Made by a program: the position numbers and the translations under genes. From contig CAVVXN010000001.1 of assembly GCA_963752285.1 (NCBI GenBank), positions 64,001-128,000 on the forward strand: a stretch of DNA of 64,000 bases, read 5' to 3'. The first letter of the stretch is position 1; every line of letters begins with the position of its first letter. This DNA is from an uncultured Planctomycetota bacterium. Lineage in GTDB: Bacteria > Planctomycetota > PLA2 > JAEUHO01. This document shows, in pieces, positions 19,687 to 29,372 of this stretch. The notes beneath the pieces are model-generated. The model was not told the origin of the DNA. It made no database searches and was given only the letters and a program-made list of their open reading frames with translations.

Positions 19687-20340
19687 CTACGATCCCCCGC
19701 ACGACTCCTGGCGGGTGAAGACCACGTCGGCCGGCATGCCGCGCGGGGACTGTTCCTTCCTCAGGACCACACCCGTGATCGATTCCTCGGGGTCCACGTA
19801 GAGCGTGACGGGGCCCTGGATGAAGCGACCGTACCGTTCGAGCTGCACCTGGTAGACGAAGCGGTACCGGCCGCCGCGGCGGACCCAGAGGGGCTTGATC
19901 GAGTCGAGGACGACCGGCTCGCCCAGCGGCATGCCGAACCCGTCGAGGCCGTAGAGAAGCCAGTCCTCGCGCGCGTCGGGGTCGTCGCAGCCCTTCTCGG
20001 GGGCCGGGGAACGCATACGGCAGACCAGGTACGGGAGCGAGCGCGAGAGCGGACCGTAGAGGCCGAGGCGCTGGTGCGCGTCGTTCGGTCGGACCACGAC
20101 GCCCGGCTCGACCACCTTCACGCACGTCACGACGCCCGGCTCGGTCTCGGACTCGATCGCCACGCACTCTCCGACTTTCGCGTCGAGCATCGGGTTCACG
20201 AGGTCGAAGGGCTCCGGCTCGGGCGCCGCCTCGTGGGGCAGGACGCGGAAGTGGATCCAGGCGAGGACGGCGAGCGCGATCGTGAGGAACCCCGCGACGA
20301 CGCGCTCGGCCACGGAGGAGGGGCGGCGGTCGGCGCTCAT
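19687..20340 (-). CDS. Hypothetical membrane-anchored protein
   Basis: ATG coupled to upstream stop, GGAG RBS, one N-terminal TM. Confidence 0.7.
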   Translation of the reverse strand: MSADRRPSSVAERVVAGFLTIALAVLAWIHFRVLPHEAAPEPEPFDLVNPMLDAKVGECVAIESETEPGVVTCVKVVEPGVVVRPNDAHQRLGLYGPLSRSLPYLVCRMRSPAPEKGCDDPDAREDWLLYGLDGFGMPLGEPVVLDSIKPLWVRRGGRYRFVYQVQLERYGRFIQGPVTLYVDPEESITGVVLRKEQSPRGMPADVVFTRQESCGGS

Positions 20341-20915
20341 TGCCGCTCCTCCGGCGAGATCAGGTCCCACGTGTGCCCGCCGCGCTGGAAACGGAGCAGG
20401 CCGAATACCGGCACCGAGTCGTCGAGCCACGCGACCACGTGGTCGGCCCCCCCCTCGGACCGGAGCGCGGGGTCGATCAGGTCGAAGCGCCACGCGTCCT
20501 GCTCGCGGCCGCGGAACGTGATCTTGGCGCGGCGGATGCGCTCCCACACCCACACGCGGTCGTACCCCTCGGGGTCCATGGGGGCCATCAGGGGGAACAG
20601 ACCGTGCCGGGCGGGCAGGTGATCGTAGCGCGCGAAGCCGTTCGGGAGCGGGGCGCCGAGCCGGTCGCGGTACGTGACCGAGATCCGGATGCGCGGCTCG
20701 CGCTGGGCGGCCGCGGGGACCGCGGCGTCCACGACGTAGGTGATGGTCGTTCCGGACTCGTTCCGGTACGTCGCGGTCTCGCCCTTCTGGGCGTCGGCGA
20801 TCAGGCGCGTCGCGTCGAACGTGGGCGCCGCGCGCCCGGCCGGCGACGGCCTCAGGATGATCGAGGCGGACAGGGCGATCACGGCGACGGCGAGGAGCAG
20901 GACGAGCGCTCGCAT
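20337..20915 (-). CDS. Hypothetical exported or membrane-anchored protein
   Basis: MRALVLLLAVAVIAL N-terminus, GGAG RBS. Confidence 0.7.
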   Translation of the reverse strand: MRALVLLLAVAVIALSASIILRPSPAGRAAPTFDATRLIADAQKGETATYRNESGTTITYVVDAAVPAAAQREPRIRISVTYRDRLGAPLPNGFARYDHLPARHGLFPLMAPMDPEGYDRVWVWERIRRAKITFRGREQDAWRFDLIDPALRSEGGADHVVAWLDDSVPVFGLLRFQRGGHTWDLISPEERQ

Positions 20916-21107
20916 CGGCTCTCCACCCCCCGCACGGCCCAGCTCGGCGAGCCCCAGAAGCGCGCGGATTGTACGCCGGGCCGACTCCCGCTCGACCCGG
21001 AACCCGCCGGCGGCACGGGGCCGGCCAAATCTGCGCCGACCGACCCCGTTCGCTACAATCGACCGCCACTGCCCCCAGTGCGGGGCCACATCACAGGAGA
21101 GAACCTG

Positions 21108-21437
21108 ATGGCCCAGAATCTGCCCGCTTTCACCGACGACAACTTCGCCGCGGAGGTGAAGGGGAGCGAGACGCCCGTCCTCGTGGACTTCGGCGCGGAG
21201 TGGTGCGGGCCGTGCCGCGCGCTGGCGCCGATCGTCCAGGATCTGGCGTCGGAGTACGACGGGAAGCTCAAGGTCGGGACCGTGGACATCGACCACAGCC
21301 GCCAGGTGGCCGCGGAGTACGGGATCATGTCCGTGCCGACGATCATCTTCTTCAAGGGCGGGAAGGCCGTGGACAAGATCGTGGGTCTGCGGCCCAAGGC
21401 GGACCTGAAGGTCAAGATCGACGCCCTGATCGGCTGA
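21108..21437 (+). CDS. trxA: Thioredoxin
   Basis: WCGPC active site; AGGAG RBS; 109 aa. Confidence 0.96.
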   Translation: MAQNLPAFTDDNFAAEVKGSETPVLVDFGAEWCGPCRALAPIVQDLASEYDGKLKVGTVDIDHSRQVAAEYGIMSVPTIIFFKGGKAVDKIVGLRPKADLKVKIDALIG

Positions 21438-21477
21438 GACCGCCGACCCGGGCTTCGCGCCCGGACCCGACGTCGCC

Positions 21478-21520
21478 CCCGGGGCGCTCCCTCGCCAGGG
21501 AGCGCCCCGGGTTCGTTTCT
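21478..21520 (+). terminator. Intrinsic terminator after trxA
   Basis: CCCGGGGCGCTCCCT-cgcc-AGGGAGCGCCCCGGG followed by TTCGTTTCT. Confidence 0.8.
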
Positions 21521-21538
21521 GTAGGCGACCAGCGACGC

Positions 21539-21744
21539 GGGAGGGCCCAAGGACCCGGAAGACGAGCCCCGGGCGGGCCGCGCGGCGAGCGCGGGGCGGC
21601 TTCGGACGCGCGTCTCGCGGGCCCCGGGGGAGGAAGGCGATCCGGAGGCGACGGTTCCGGCGAAACCCGAGGCCCGCGAGATCCGTCCAATCCAGTGGAT
21701 CGCCCCTCGGGGCGGTCCCCGGGGGTCGAGCCGCATACCCTCCC
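21539..21744 (+). ncRNA. Candidate long-hairpin ncRNA, 6S-like (strand uncertain)
   Basis: Nested complementary segments GGGAGGG/CCCTCCC, CCCCGGG..GGCCGC/GCGGTC..CCGGGG, GGGGCG/CGCCCC, GGACG/CGTCC, TCTCGCGGGCC/GGCCCGCGAGA. Confidence 0.5.
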
Positions 21745-21773
21745 TCCTCCCTCCCTCGGTTCCCCCCGGGCCG

Positions 21774-21801
21774 CCCCCGGGAGCCTCCGGGCTCCCGGGG
21801 G
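21774..21801. terminator. GC hairpin, probable terminator
   Basis: CCCCCGGGAGCC-tccg-GGCTCCCGGGGG 12-bp stem. Confidence 0.6.
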
Positions 21802-21927
21802 CGTGCGATTCTCTGGGGCGGAGCTCCCCGGAACCGATCCACCACGGCGCGCCCCGACGCACCGCCCGCGCCCCCTCACGCCCCGAGACGCCTGGAGGGG
21901 CCGGACGGTACCAACGGCGTCCCGAGG

Positions 21928-23460
21928 TCACCGCCGGAGGTAGGTCCCGCCGGTTCGCGCCGCGAGGCGACGGAGCGTCTCCTGCCAGCGCGCCGCCACG
22001 TCGTCTCCGCCGACGTCGAGCACGTCGATTCGCGCGCGACGCCACCGGTTCGCCGTGAGGACCTCCTCGAAGAGGTCCGTCCGCGTGAACCAGGCGCCCG
22101 CGGAGGGGACGCCGTCCGAGAGCACGACCACCGTGTCGAGGTCCGGGTCGTCGAGCGCGGCCGCGATGCCGTCGTAGAGCGCGGTCCGGCCATGCGGCGC
22201 ACGGCCGTCGAGCCGTTCGTGGATCCGCTTCCGGTTCGCCGCGCCGAGCTCGACCGCGTGCGGGAACAGCGCCTCGACGTCGTCGGAGAAGCAGTAGACG
22301 TTGACCCGCGCGGACCCCAGACGGGCGATCGCCTGGTCGAGGGCCTCCACCACCCGTGCCCAGCGCGGGCGGCCGTCGCTTCCGGGACGCGCCATGCTGC
22401 CCGACCCGTCGAGCACGAACCCCACGTGCCGACTCGCGAGCGGAAGGTCGAGGAAGCGGACGCCCGCCACCGTGCGCTCGTCGTCGGGGAGCGCGTGCGG
22501 CGCCCGCGAGGCGGGCGCCCCGGCCGGGTCGAAGTCCCGCCCGTCCCCCTCGAGCCAGGCGGTCCACGCGGCCGGGTCGGGGTCGAACGGGATGCTCGTG
22601 AGGCGGACGAGCGACGCGTGCGCGGCCGCGCGCACACGCAACCGCTCGTCGCCGAGGCGCGCCACCAGCGGCGCCAGTACCTGCCGGTCCCGCACCACCC
22701 CGGCGAGCTCCGCCGCTCGGAGCCGGACCGACCAGACCGCGTCGTCGAGTCCGTGCAGCACGGCGACCACCGCCGCCCGGCCGCCCCCGGTCGGGGACGC
22801 GGGAGCGACGGAGCCCTCCAGGGCGGAGAGCCGGACCCGGAAGTCCGGGTCCGCGAAGAACGCGACCGAGGGCGGGTCCGCCCCGGTCCGCGCCGCGAGG
22901 ACGTCGATCGCGACCGCGCGTACGAGCCCGTCGTGGTCCTCGAGCGCGTCCCGTATCGGGGGAACCGCGGCCGGGTCGTCGGTCTGCCCGAGCCACCGCA
23001 CCGCGGCCGCTCGGACCATCGGCATGCGGTCGCGGGCGAGGAGGAGGAGCAGATCGAGCCCCACGCGGTCCGTCCAGAGCGCGGCCGCGCGGAGACCCGC
23101 GGCCCGGGCGCGCGCCGAGGAGAGCCGCGCGAGGTCGTGTCCGAGCCGCGCGTGGGCGGGTCCGTCCGTCGCCCCGAGCACGCCCGCGACCGCGCGCCGA
23201 ACGTACGGGTGCTCGTCGTCGAGGCCCTCCACGAGGAGCCGGAGCGCGGCGACGTCGTCGCGCCCCGCCAGGCGCCGGTACGCCGCGGCGCGGGTGCGCG
23301 GCAGCGGGTCGCGGGCGAGGCGCCGGACCGCGCCGAGGTCGTCGGTGCCCGCGCGCGCGGGGAGCGCGAGGGCGAGGAGGAGGAGGAGGGTCCGGGGCCG
23401 GGTCGGGCCCGCTCGCGGAACGTGGGCGCCTCGGGGCCGCGGAACGGGATCGGGGGACAT
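21928..23460 (-). CDS. HEAT-repeat + vWA domain protein (exported)
   Basis: Repeated L.D....VR..A; MIDAS DGSGS, GRTALYD, LSDG. Confidence 0.85.
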   Translation of the reverse strand: MSPDPVPRPRGAHVPRAGPTRPRTLLLLLALALPARAGTDDLGAVRRLARDPLPRTRAAAYRRLAGRDDVAALRLLVEGLDDEHPYVRRAVAGVLGATDGPAHARLGHDLARLSSARARAAGLRAAALWTDRVGLDLLLLLARDRMPMVRAAAVRWLGQTDDPAAVPPIRDALEDHDGLVRAVAIDVLAARTGADPPSVAFFADPDFRVRLSALEGSVAPASPTGGGRAAVVAVLHGLDDAVWSVRLRAAELAGVVRDRQVLAPLVARLGDERLRVRAAAHASLVRLTSIPFDPDPAAWTAWLEGDGRDFDPAGAPASRAPHALPDDERTVAGVRFLDLPLASRHVGFVLDGSGSMARPGSDGRPRWARVVEALDQAIARLGSARVNVYCFSDDVEALFPHAVELGAANRKRIHERLDGRAPHGRTALYDGIAAALDDPDLDTVVVLSDGVPSAGAWFTRTDLFEEVLTANRWRRARIDVLDVGGDDVAARWQETLRRLAARTGGTYLRR

Positions 23461-23790
23461 GGCGCACTCCGGGTCGTCGGAAGCGTCATCGCGCCGTCAC
23501 CCCGACCGGTCACATCCGGTGCCAAAGGGCTCGGAACGCGGTCTCCGGGGCCGTTTCGGGCACCTTGGCCCCGAAAGCACCGCCCCGCCGCGACCGATCC
23601 AGCCGGGACATGGGAGGTTCGGCGGGACCAGGACGGAGGCGCTTCGACGAAGGTCGAGGGGGGTCCCTCGGTGTCGGAGCCCCCGCCTAGGATCCCGTCG
23701 CGGGTCGCGGGCAAGTCGCTCAGCTGACGCCGGGGCGTCGGGCGTGCCGGGTCGTTGGACGGGAACGGGTCTGCTCGCGGAGGAGGGTCC

Positions 23791-24291
23791 ATGCTTCCCG
23801 CGAACTTGACGCCTCTCGAGGTGCTCGACCTCGGGATCCAGGGCGAGGTGCTCGCCTATCGCATGTACGACGCGCTCGCGCGGCGCGTCCAGGTGCCGAC
23901 GCTCCAGACGCGGCTCCACCAGCTCCGCAAGGACGAGAAGGAGCACCGCAAGACGCTGAAGGCACACCGCCGCTCCATGTTCCCGGGCGCCGACACGGCG
24001 GTCAGCGAGCACGAGGCGAGCGAGGTGTTCGGCCCCGTGACGGCCGAGTCGATCCGCGACAAGGAGTCACTGATCCAGGCCCTCTACGGGGCCATACGGT
24101 TCGAGGAGTACTGCGCGTACTTCTACGAGAAGATGCAGTACAAGCTGCCGAACCGCGAGGCGCAGATCTTCGTGGAGGTCCTCGCCGACGAGGGCCGGAC
24201 CCACGCCGAGATCCTGAAGCAGCAGATCGAGACCCTCCGCGGCCTGAACGTCGAGGTGGACGACAAGGGCCGCGCGGTCGAGGTGTTCTGA
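23791..24291 (+). CDS. Ferritin-like/rubrerythrin-family protein
   Basis: Two E..Y / DE..H helical pairs (KDEKEH, ADEGRTH); GGAGG RBS. Confidence 0.82.
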   Translation: MLPANLTPLEVLDLGIQGEVLAYRMYDALARRVQVPTLQTRLHQLRKDEKEHRKTLKAHRRSMFPGADTAVSEHEASEVFGPVTAESIRDKESLIQALYGAIRFEEYCAYFYEKMQYKLPNREAQIFVEVLADEGRTHAEILKQQIETLRGLNVEVDDKGRAVEVF

Positions 24292-24390
24292 GGCGGGTCC
24301 CCGATCGGCGGCCCGGACCCTGCGGCACCCGCCGGCCGGCCCGGTTCGATGTCGCCGAACCTCCGGCGGCGGGTAGGCTCCGCTCCCGCC

Positions 24391-24924
24391 ATGGGTATCG
24401 GCGACGTGATCAACCGACGGCGCTTCCGCTGGGCCGTCGCCGTGGGCTTCGCGCTCACCCTCTTCTTCACGCTGTGGCTTCTGGCCCTCGCGCTGGGGCT
24501 CCTCCAGCACGGCCTCCGCGACCTCGCCGCGCCGATGCCCCTCGCCTACGTCGTCGTGGGCGGCGCGTCGCTCGTCGCGTCGATCGTGGTCCTCTTCTCA
24601 CTCCTCTTCGGCTACGTGTTCCACGGGGCCGACCTCGCCGCGCCGACACCGCGGTACCTGCTCTTCGGCTGGACCTGCACGGGTTGCCTCTTCTTCCTGT
24701 CCCAGAGCGTCGCGCTCGCCAAGTTCGGGGCGAGGTCCTTCCCGCACGTGCCCTCGTGGCTCTCCGAGCTGTACTGGTACTTCGTGCCCGCCGGCGCGGT
24801 GGTCTTCGCGCTCCTCCTCTGGGTGAACGCGGAAGGACACCACCACCTGGTGGACTGGGACGACCCGGCGTACGACGACGCAACCGACGCGATCGAGGAC
24901 TACGACGAACCCGACGGCGCCTGA
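24391..24924 (+). CDS. Hypothetical 4-TM membrane protein
   Basis: Four hydrophobic segments, HHH and acidic tail. Confidence 0.7.
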   Translation: MGIGDVINRRRFRWAVAVGFALTLFFTLWLLALALGLLQHGLRDLAAPMPLAYVVVGGASLVASIVVLFSLLFGYVFHGADLAAPTPRYLLFGWTCTGCLFFLSQSVALAKFGARSFPHVPSWLSELYWYFVPAGAVVFALLLWVNAEGHHHLVDWDDPAYDDATDAIEDYDEPDGA

Positions 24925-24933
24925 GGGAGACGG

Positions 24934-26295
24934 TCACGAGTGCCCGACGATCTCCTCGAGCTCCTCGGGCTCCTTCGGCGCGCCGGCGGTCAGGACCTCG
25001 CAGCCGTCCTCGGTGACGAGGACGTCGTCCTCGATCCGAACGCCGATCCCGCGGTACCGCTCGGGCAGGTTCGGCTCGTCGGGGTGGAAGTAGAGCCCCG
25101 GCTCCACGGTGAAGACCATGCCGGGGACGAGCGGGCGTCCGGGCTCGCCGTCCCGCGCGTACGCACCGACGTCGTGCACGTCGATCCCGAGCCAGTGCCC
25201 GGTTCCGTGCATGTAGACGTGTCGGTAGGTCTTGTCCTCGATCGCCTTCTCCACGGGACCCTCGACCACGCCGAGGTCCACGAGCCCCGTCGCCAGCACC
25301 CGCACGGCGGTCTCGTGCAGGTGGTGCCACTCGAGCCCGGGCCGGACGGAGCGGATCACCTCCATCTGCGCGCGGAGCACGAGGTCGTAGATCTCGCGCT
25401 GCTCGCCCGTGAACTTCCCCGACACCGGCCACGTGCGCGTGAGGTCACCGGTGTAGTAGCCCACCTCGGCGCCGGCGTCGACCAAGACGAGCTCGCCCGC
25501 GCGCATCGTCCGCCGGTTCGCGATGTAGTGCAGCACACACGCGTTCGGACCGCTGCCGACGATGGTGGCGTACCCGGGCGCGACGGCGCCCGCGCGCCGG
25601 AACACGTACTCGATCTCAGCCTGGATCTCGAACTCCCGGAGCCCCGGGCGCGTCAGGCGCATCGCCTGCCGGTGGCCCTCGGCCGACACCTCCGTCGCGC
25701 GGCGCAGGGCCGCGATCTCGCCGGGCGACTTCACGAGCCGCATCTCGTGGAGGACGCTCATGGGGTCCTCGATCACGCGCGGCGCCTTCTTGCCGCGCCG
25801 CGCGAGGTACTGGGCCTTTCGAACCGTTCGGACGACGGTGCGGTCCAGGTCCTCGTCGAGACCGAGCGCGTAGACGAGTCGGGATCGCCCGACGAGCAGC
25901 TTCTCGAGCTGCGGGGCGAGCTCTTCGATCCCGAAAGCCGCGTCGCACCCGACCGCCGCCTTGGCCCCCTCGACACCCACGCGCTCGCCGTCCCAGACCT
26001 CGCGCTCGCGGTCTCGGCGCCGCAGGAACAGCACGAACGGGTGCTCGGGGTGGCCCGGCAGGAACAGCGCCGCGGCCTCGGGCTCCTCGAAACCCGTCAG
26101 GTACCAGAGGTCGCTGTTCGGGCGGTACTCGTACATCGTGTCGTTGCTGCGGACACGCGGGGGCGTGGCGCAGACGAGGGCCGCCGAGTCGTCGCCGAGG
26201 CGGCTCAGGAAGCGCTCGCGGCGGCTCGCGAAGAGGTCTCGGCCGGCGCCCACGGTGGGCGCGATCGGCGTGGGCAATGCGGAGGGCTCGGGCAT
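24934..26295 (-). CDS. pepP: Xaa-Pro aminopeptidase (M24B)
   Basis: YLTGFEEP, LVDAGAE..YTGDLTRT, HGTGHWLGIDVHD, TVEPGLY, GVRIEDD. Confidence 0.95.
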   Translation of the reverse strand: MPEPSALPTPIAPTVGAGRDLFASRRERFLSRLGDDSAALVCATPPRVRSNDTMYEYRPNSDLWYLTGFEEPEAAALFLPGHPEHPFVLFLRRRDREREVWDGERVGVEGAKAAVGCDAAFGIEELAPQLEKLLVGRSRLVYALGLDEDLDRTVVRTVRKAQYLARRGKKAPRVIEDPMSVLHEMRLVKSPGEIAALRRATEVSAEGHRQAMRLTRPGLREFEIQAEIEYVFRRAGAVAPGYATIVGSGPNACVLHYIANRRTMRAGELVLVDAGAEVGYYTGDLTRTWPVSGKFTGEQREIYDLVLRAQMEVIRSVRPGLEWHHLHETAVRVLATGLVDLGVVEGPVEKAIEDKTYRHVYMHGTGHWLGIDVHDVGAYARDGEPGRPLVPGMVFTVEPGLYFHPDEPNLPERYRGIGVRIEDDVLVTEDGCEVLTAGAPKEPEELEEIVGHS

Positions 26296-26403
26296 GGGAT
26301 CTCGCGGGGTGGGGAGGCGGGGGCGGTCCCGCCGCCCCCGGCGTATGCGGGGGAGAAGGCTTCGTCAGGAGCGCGGGGGGGGGCCCCGACGTCCAACGGC
26401 TCC

Positions 26404-28503
26404 TCAGTCTACGAAGGCGTCCTTGAGCGTCTGGAGAACCTCGTACTCGAGGTTCGCGGGACCGAGCCAGGCGGCCTGCCGGACGGGCACGTCGTGCTTC
26501 TCGCCGATGCGCCGGACCTCCTCGCAGAGCTCCGGGCCCACCGCGTGGTGAACGAGCACCACGTCCGCCTCCTCCGCCTGGCCCGCGATCTCGCGGAGCG
26601 TCTTGTACGGCGGGCGCACGCCCGTGGCGATCCAGCAGCCTTCGAACCGATAGGCGCGCGCGAGGCTCTCGAACGCCGCGCGGTCCTTCGGGTTCTCGGC
26701 GTCGCTCCCTACGACGAGGAGGCGGACCGGGTCCTCCTCCTCCTCGAGCAGCGACTTCGTCTCCTCCTTGTCCACGTCGGGCTCGAGCGCGCCCGCCGCC
26801 TCGGCGCGCCCGCGCGCCTCGGCCATCGCGTCGGCGAAGACGTCCGGCTCGAGGGCCGCGAGCTCGGTGAGCATCGCGAGCCCGCGACGGATGCGCGCGG
26901 CGTCACCCGACTCGAGGTGGGCCTGGGCCGCGCGGCGTCCGGCCTCCTTCCACACCTCGCGCCGCTCGGGCGCGGTCTGGAGCAGATCGAAGAGCTGCTC
27001 GTCGCGCGCGGTCGCGTCGAGCAGGCGTGACACGGGGCCGTCGGACTCGCCGAGGAAAGCCTCGAGCGTCTCGATGGAGCCGCGCTGGCACAGCTTCGCG
27101 CGGAAGCGTTCGTACGTGCGGAGCGCCTCGCCCGCCTCCCCGAGCGCCAGGAGCGCCTCGAGGCGCGTGCGGTACGCGCCGAACCAGGTGTCGAAGTCGG
27201 GCCGGCTCTTGAACGCGCGGTCCACGAGGTCGAGCGCGGCGTGGGCGTCGCCCTCCTGGAGGCGCTGGCGGGCGAGGTCGAGGTGATGGCCCGCCCCGGC
27301 GCGGCCCGCCGAGGGCGCCGTGGCCCGCGCGGTGGGCCGTCCGGGAATCCGGACGTCGGGCACCCGGAGCACGAGCGCGTCGAACACGGGGCCCTTCACC
27401 TCGGGCTCCAGCGAGACCGCGCCCGCGTTGCGGAGCACGAGGCGCGACGCGTGATCGAGCTCGTCGCCCTCCGCGCCCTTCTCGAGCAGGCAGCGACCGA
27501 GGAAGAATCGCGACCGGGCGTGCACGATCCGCGCCTTCGCACGGTTCTCGCGCATCAGGGCGTCGGCCTCCTCGAGGTGGCGCGCCGCGGTGTCCCAGTC
27601 GCCCTCTTCGTAGCTCAGCATGCCGAGTGTGTAGATGGCGTTGTAGGAACGCCCCTCGCCCCCCTGACCGCTCTCGAGGAGCGCCCGGGCACGGGCGCGG
27701 CCCTCGCGATCGGGCGTGGGGAGCAGGTCGAGCGTGCCGCGCACGCCGAGCGTGGCGAGGGCGAGGTCGCCGACGAGCACGCTCCGATACGGGTCCTCGG
27801 CCGGCAACCGCTCGAGCGCGCGCTCGTAGCGCGCCACGGCCTCGTCCCAGTTGCCCTCGAGCTGGTGGATGCGGCCGGCCTTGCGGTCGATCTTGCTCTG
27901 CGCCCGGGCGTCGAGGCCGCACTCGCGGGCGAACTCGGACGCGCGTTCGAGTCGCGCGAGGGTCGCCTCGAGCGGCTGGTCGTCGCGGTCGGCGCGGCGG
28001 AGCGACTCCTCGAGCAGGAACTCGGCGTCGCGCCGGCTGCCCTCGTCGTTGACGTGCGTGAGGTGCCGGCGGTAGAGGTCGAACGCGCGGTCGCCTTCGC
28101 CGTCACGCAGGAGCATGCGCCCCACCGCGCGCAGCGCGATCCGCCCTTCGGGGTGTTCGAGCCCGCTCTCGAAGGCGGGGTCGTCCATGAGCGCGCGGAT
28201 GCGCGCGCGGTCGCCGCCGCGCGAGGCGGCGTCGAGCTGTCCGAGGTGACGCCAGCGGTTGGCGGCGTCGCCGTCGGCCGCGGGGAGGCCCTCGAGCCAG
28301 GCCGCGGCGTCTTCGGGTCGAGTCGCGCCGACGATCTCCTCGAGGGCGCCGGCATGGAAGTGGTTCGCGTCGCGGCCCGGCGCGAGTACGGCCAGGTCGG
28401 CGACGGTGCGGACGGCGCGCTGGACGCTCTCTTGGTCTTCGCCTGCGCCAGCGTCCAGCACGACGTGGTGGACGAGGCGGTCGATCTCTGTCTTCCAGGG
28501 CAT
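26404..28503 (-). CDS. TPR-rich protein with C-terminal DUF2325-like alpha/beta domain
   Basis: TPR-like helices (AGRIHQLEGNWDEAVARY, LGMLSYEEGDWDTA); C-terminal LLVVG..ADVVLV..HDVPV. Confidence 0.7.
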   Translation of the reverse strand: MPWKTEIDRLVHHVVLDAGAGEDQESVQRAVRTVADLAVLAPGRDANHFHAGALEEIVGATRPEDAAAWLEGLPAADGDAANRWRHLGQLDAASRGGDRARIRALMDDPAFESGLEHPEGRIALRAVGRMLLRDGEGDRAFDLYRRHLTHVNDEGSRRDAEFLLEESLRRADRDDQPLEATLARLERASEFARECGLDARAQSKIDRKAGRIHQLEGNWDEAVARYERALERLPAEDPYRSVLVGDLALATLGVRGTLDLLPTPDREGRARARALLESGQGGEGRSYNAIYTLGMLSYEEGDWDTAARHLEEADALMRENRAKARIVHARSRFFLGRCLLEKGAEGDELDHASRLVLRNAGAVSLEPEVKGPVFDALVLRVPDVRIPGRPTARATAPSAGRAGAGHHLDLARQRLQEGDAHAALDLVDRAFKSRPDFDTWFGAYRTRLEALLALGEAGEALRTYERFRAKLCQRGSIETLEAFLGESDGPVSRLLDATARDEQLFDLLQTAPERREVWKEAGRRAAQAHLESGDAARIRRGLAMLTELAALEPDVFADAMAEARGRAEAAGALEPDVDKEETKSLLEEEEDPVRLLVVGSDAENPKDRAAFESLARAYRFEGCWIATGVRPPYKTLREIAGQAEEADVVLVHHAVGPELCEEVRRIGEKHDVPVRQAAWLGPANLEYEVLQTLKDAFVD

Positions 28504-28871
28504 GGAACTCCATCTCCGACGTACGGGTCCCGGGTTCGGCATGGGCGTGAACGGTTTCATCGCCGGCCGTGGGACCCCCGCGGCCATCCTACCGAAGCGG
28601 GACCATCGAGGGAGGGGGGTCGTTCCCGCTCGGGGGGACGGGACCTCGGCCGCCAGCCGCGTCGGATCCCCGCTCGAGGCGCCCTCCCCCGGACGGCGTC
28701 CCCGCGGGACGTGCGCGCGCCGAGGACCGCGCCGGCGCGGGCAGGGTGGGCCCGCACGGCCGACGGGTCGCGCGACGGTCTCGACGCAAGGTGCCCTCGC
28801 GCCGGGACTTGAGGCGGACCGGCACGCCCCCTCCCGTCACGGGGCGTCCGGCGCGATCGCGGCCGCGCGAC

Positions 28872-29366
28872 TCACGGGTGCGACGGGGCCGCGTGGGCGA
28901 GGTCCCCGACGACGCGGATCGCGTGGTGGCCCGTGAGGCGCTCGACGGGGCTCCAGTCGATCCGGTCCGCGGCCCCGCGGGTCTCGCGGACCTCCAGGAC
29001 GCGACCGGGTGCCAACGGGAACGGCTCGGTGTGCCACACCCCCGCGTCGATCGACACGCCCTCCCCGGGGGCGGTCCTCAGCGCCGCGGCGCGCGGTCCA
29101 TCGGGCGTGACGACCAGCAACACGACGAGGAGCGGCGCGGGGCCGAGCGCGACGACCACGCGCTCGGTCGAGACGTGGCGCTCGAGCCTCTCGAAGCGAG
29201 GCGGCGCGGCCTCGAGGTTCGCGATGGACACCGTGACGCCGGCGGTCGCATCGAGGCGCAGGTGCCGGCCCGGGGCGAGCAGGCGCCCGTAGGGCCGGAG
29301 CGCCTCCGCGCTCGCGGGCACCACCTCGAGCCTCAGGTCGCCGAGAGCGCCCCGCGCGGCCACCAT
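28872..29366 (-). CDS. Ureidoglycolate lyase-like cupin
   Basis: EALRPYG, LERH..TE, GEGVSIDAGVWH. Confidence 0.7.
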   Translation of the reverse strand: MVAARGALGDLRLEVVPASAEALRPYGRLLAPGRHLRLDATAGVTVSIANLEAAPPRFERLERHVSTERVVVALGPAPLLVVLLVVTPDGPRAAALRTAPGEGVSIDAGVWHTEPFPLAPGRVLEVRETRGAADRIDWSPVERLTGHHAIRVVGDLAHAAPSHP

Positions 29367-29372
29367 CGCCGG

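Noticed and set aside
21539..21744. SRP RNA, tmRNA or RNase P identity
   Set aside because: I could not find the SRP domain IV motif, tRNA-like ends or RNase P conserved segments.
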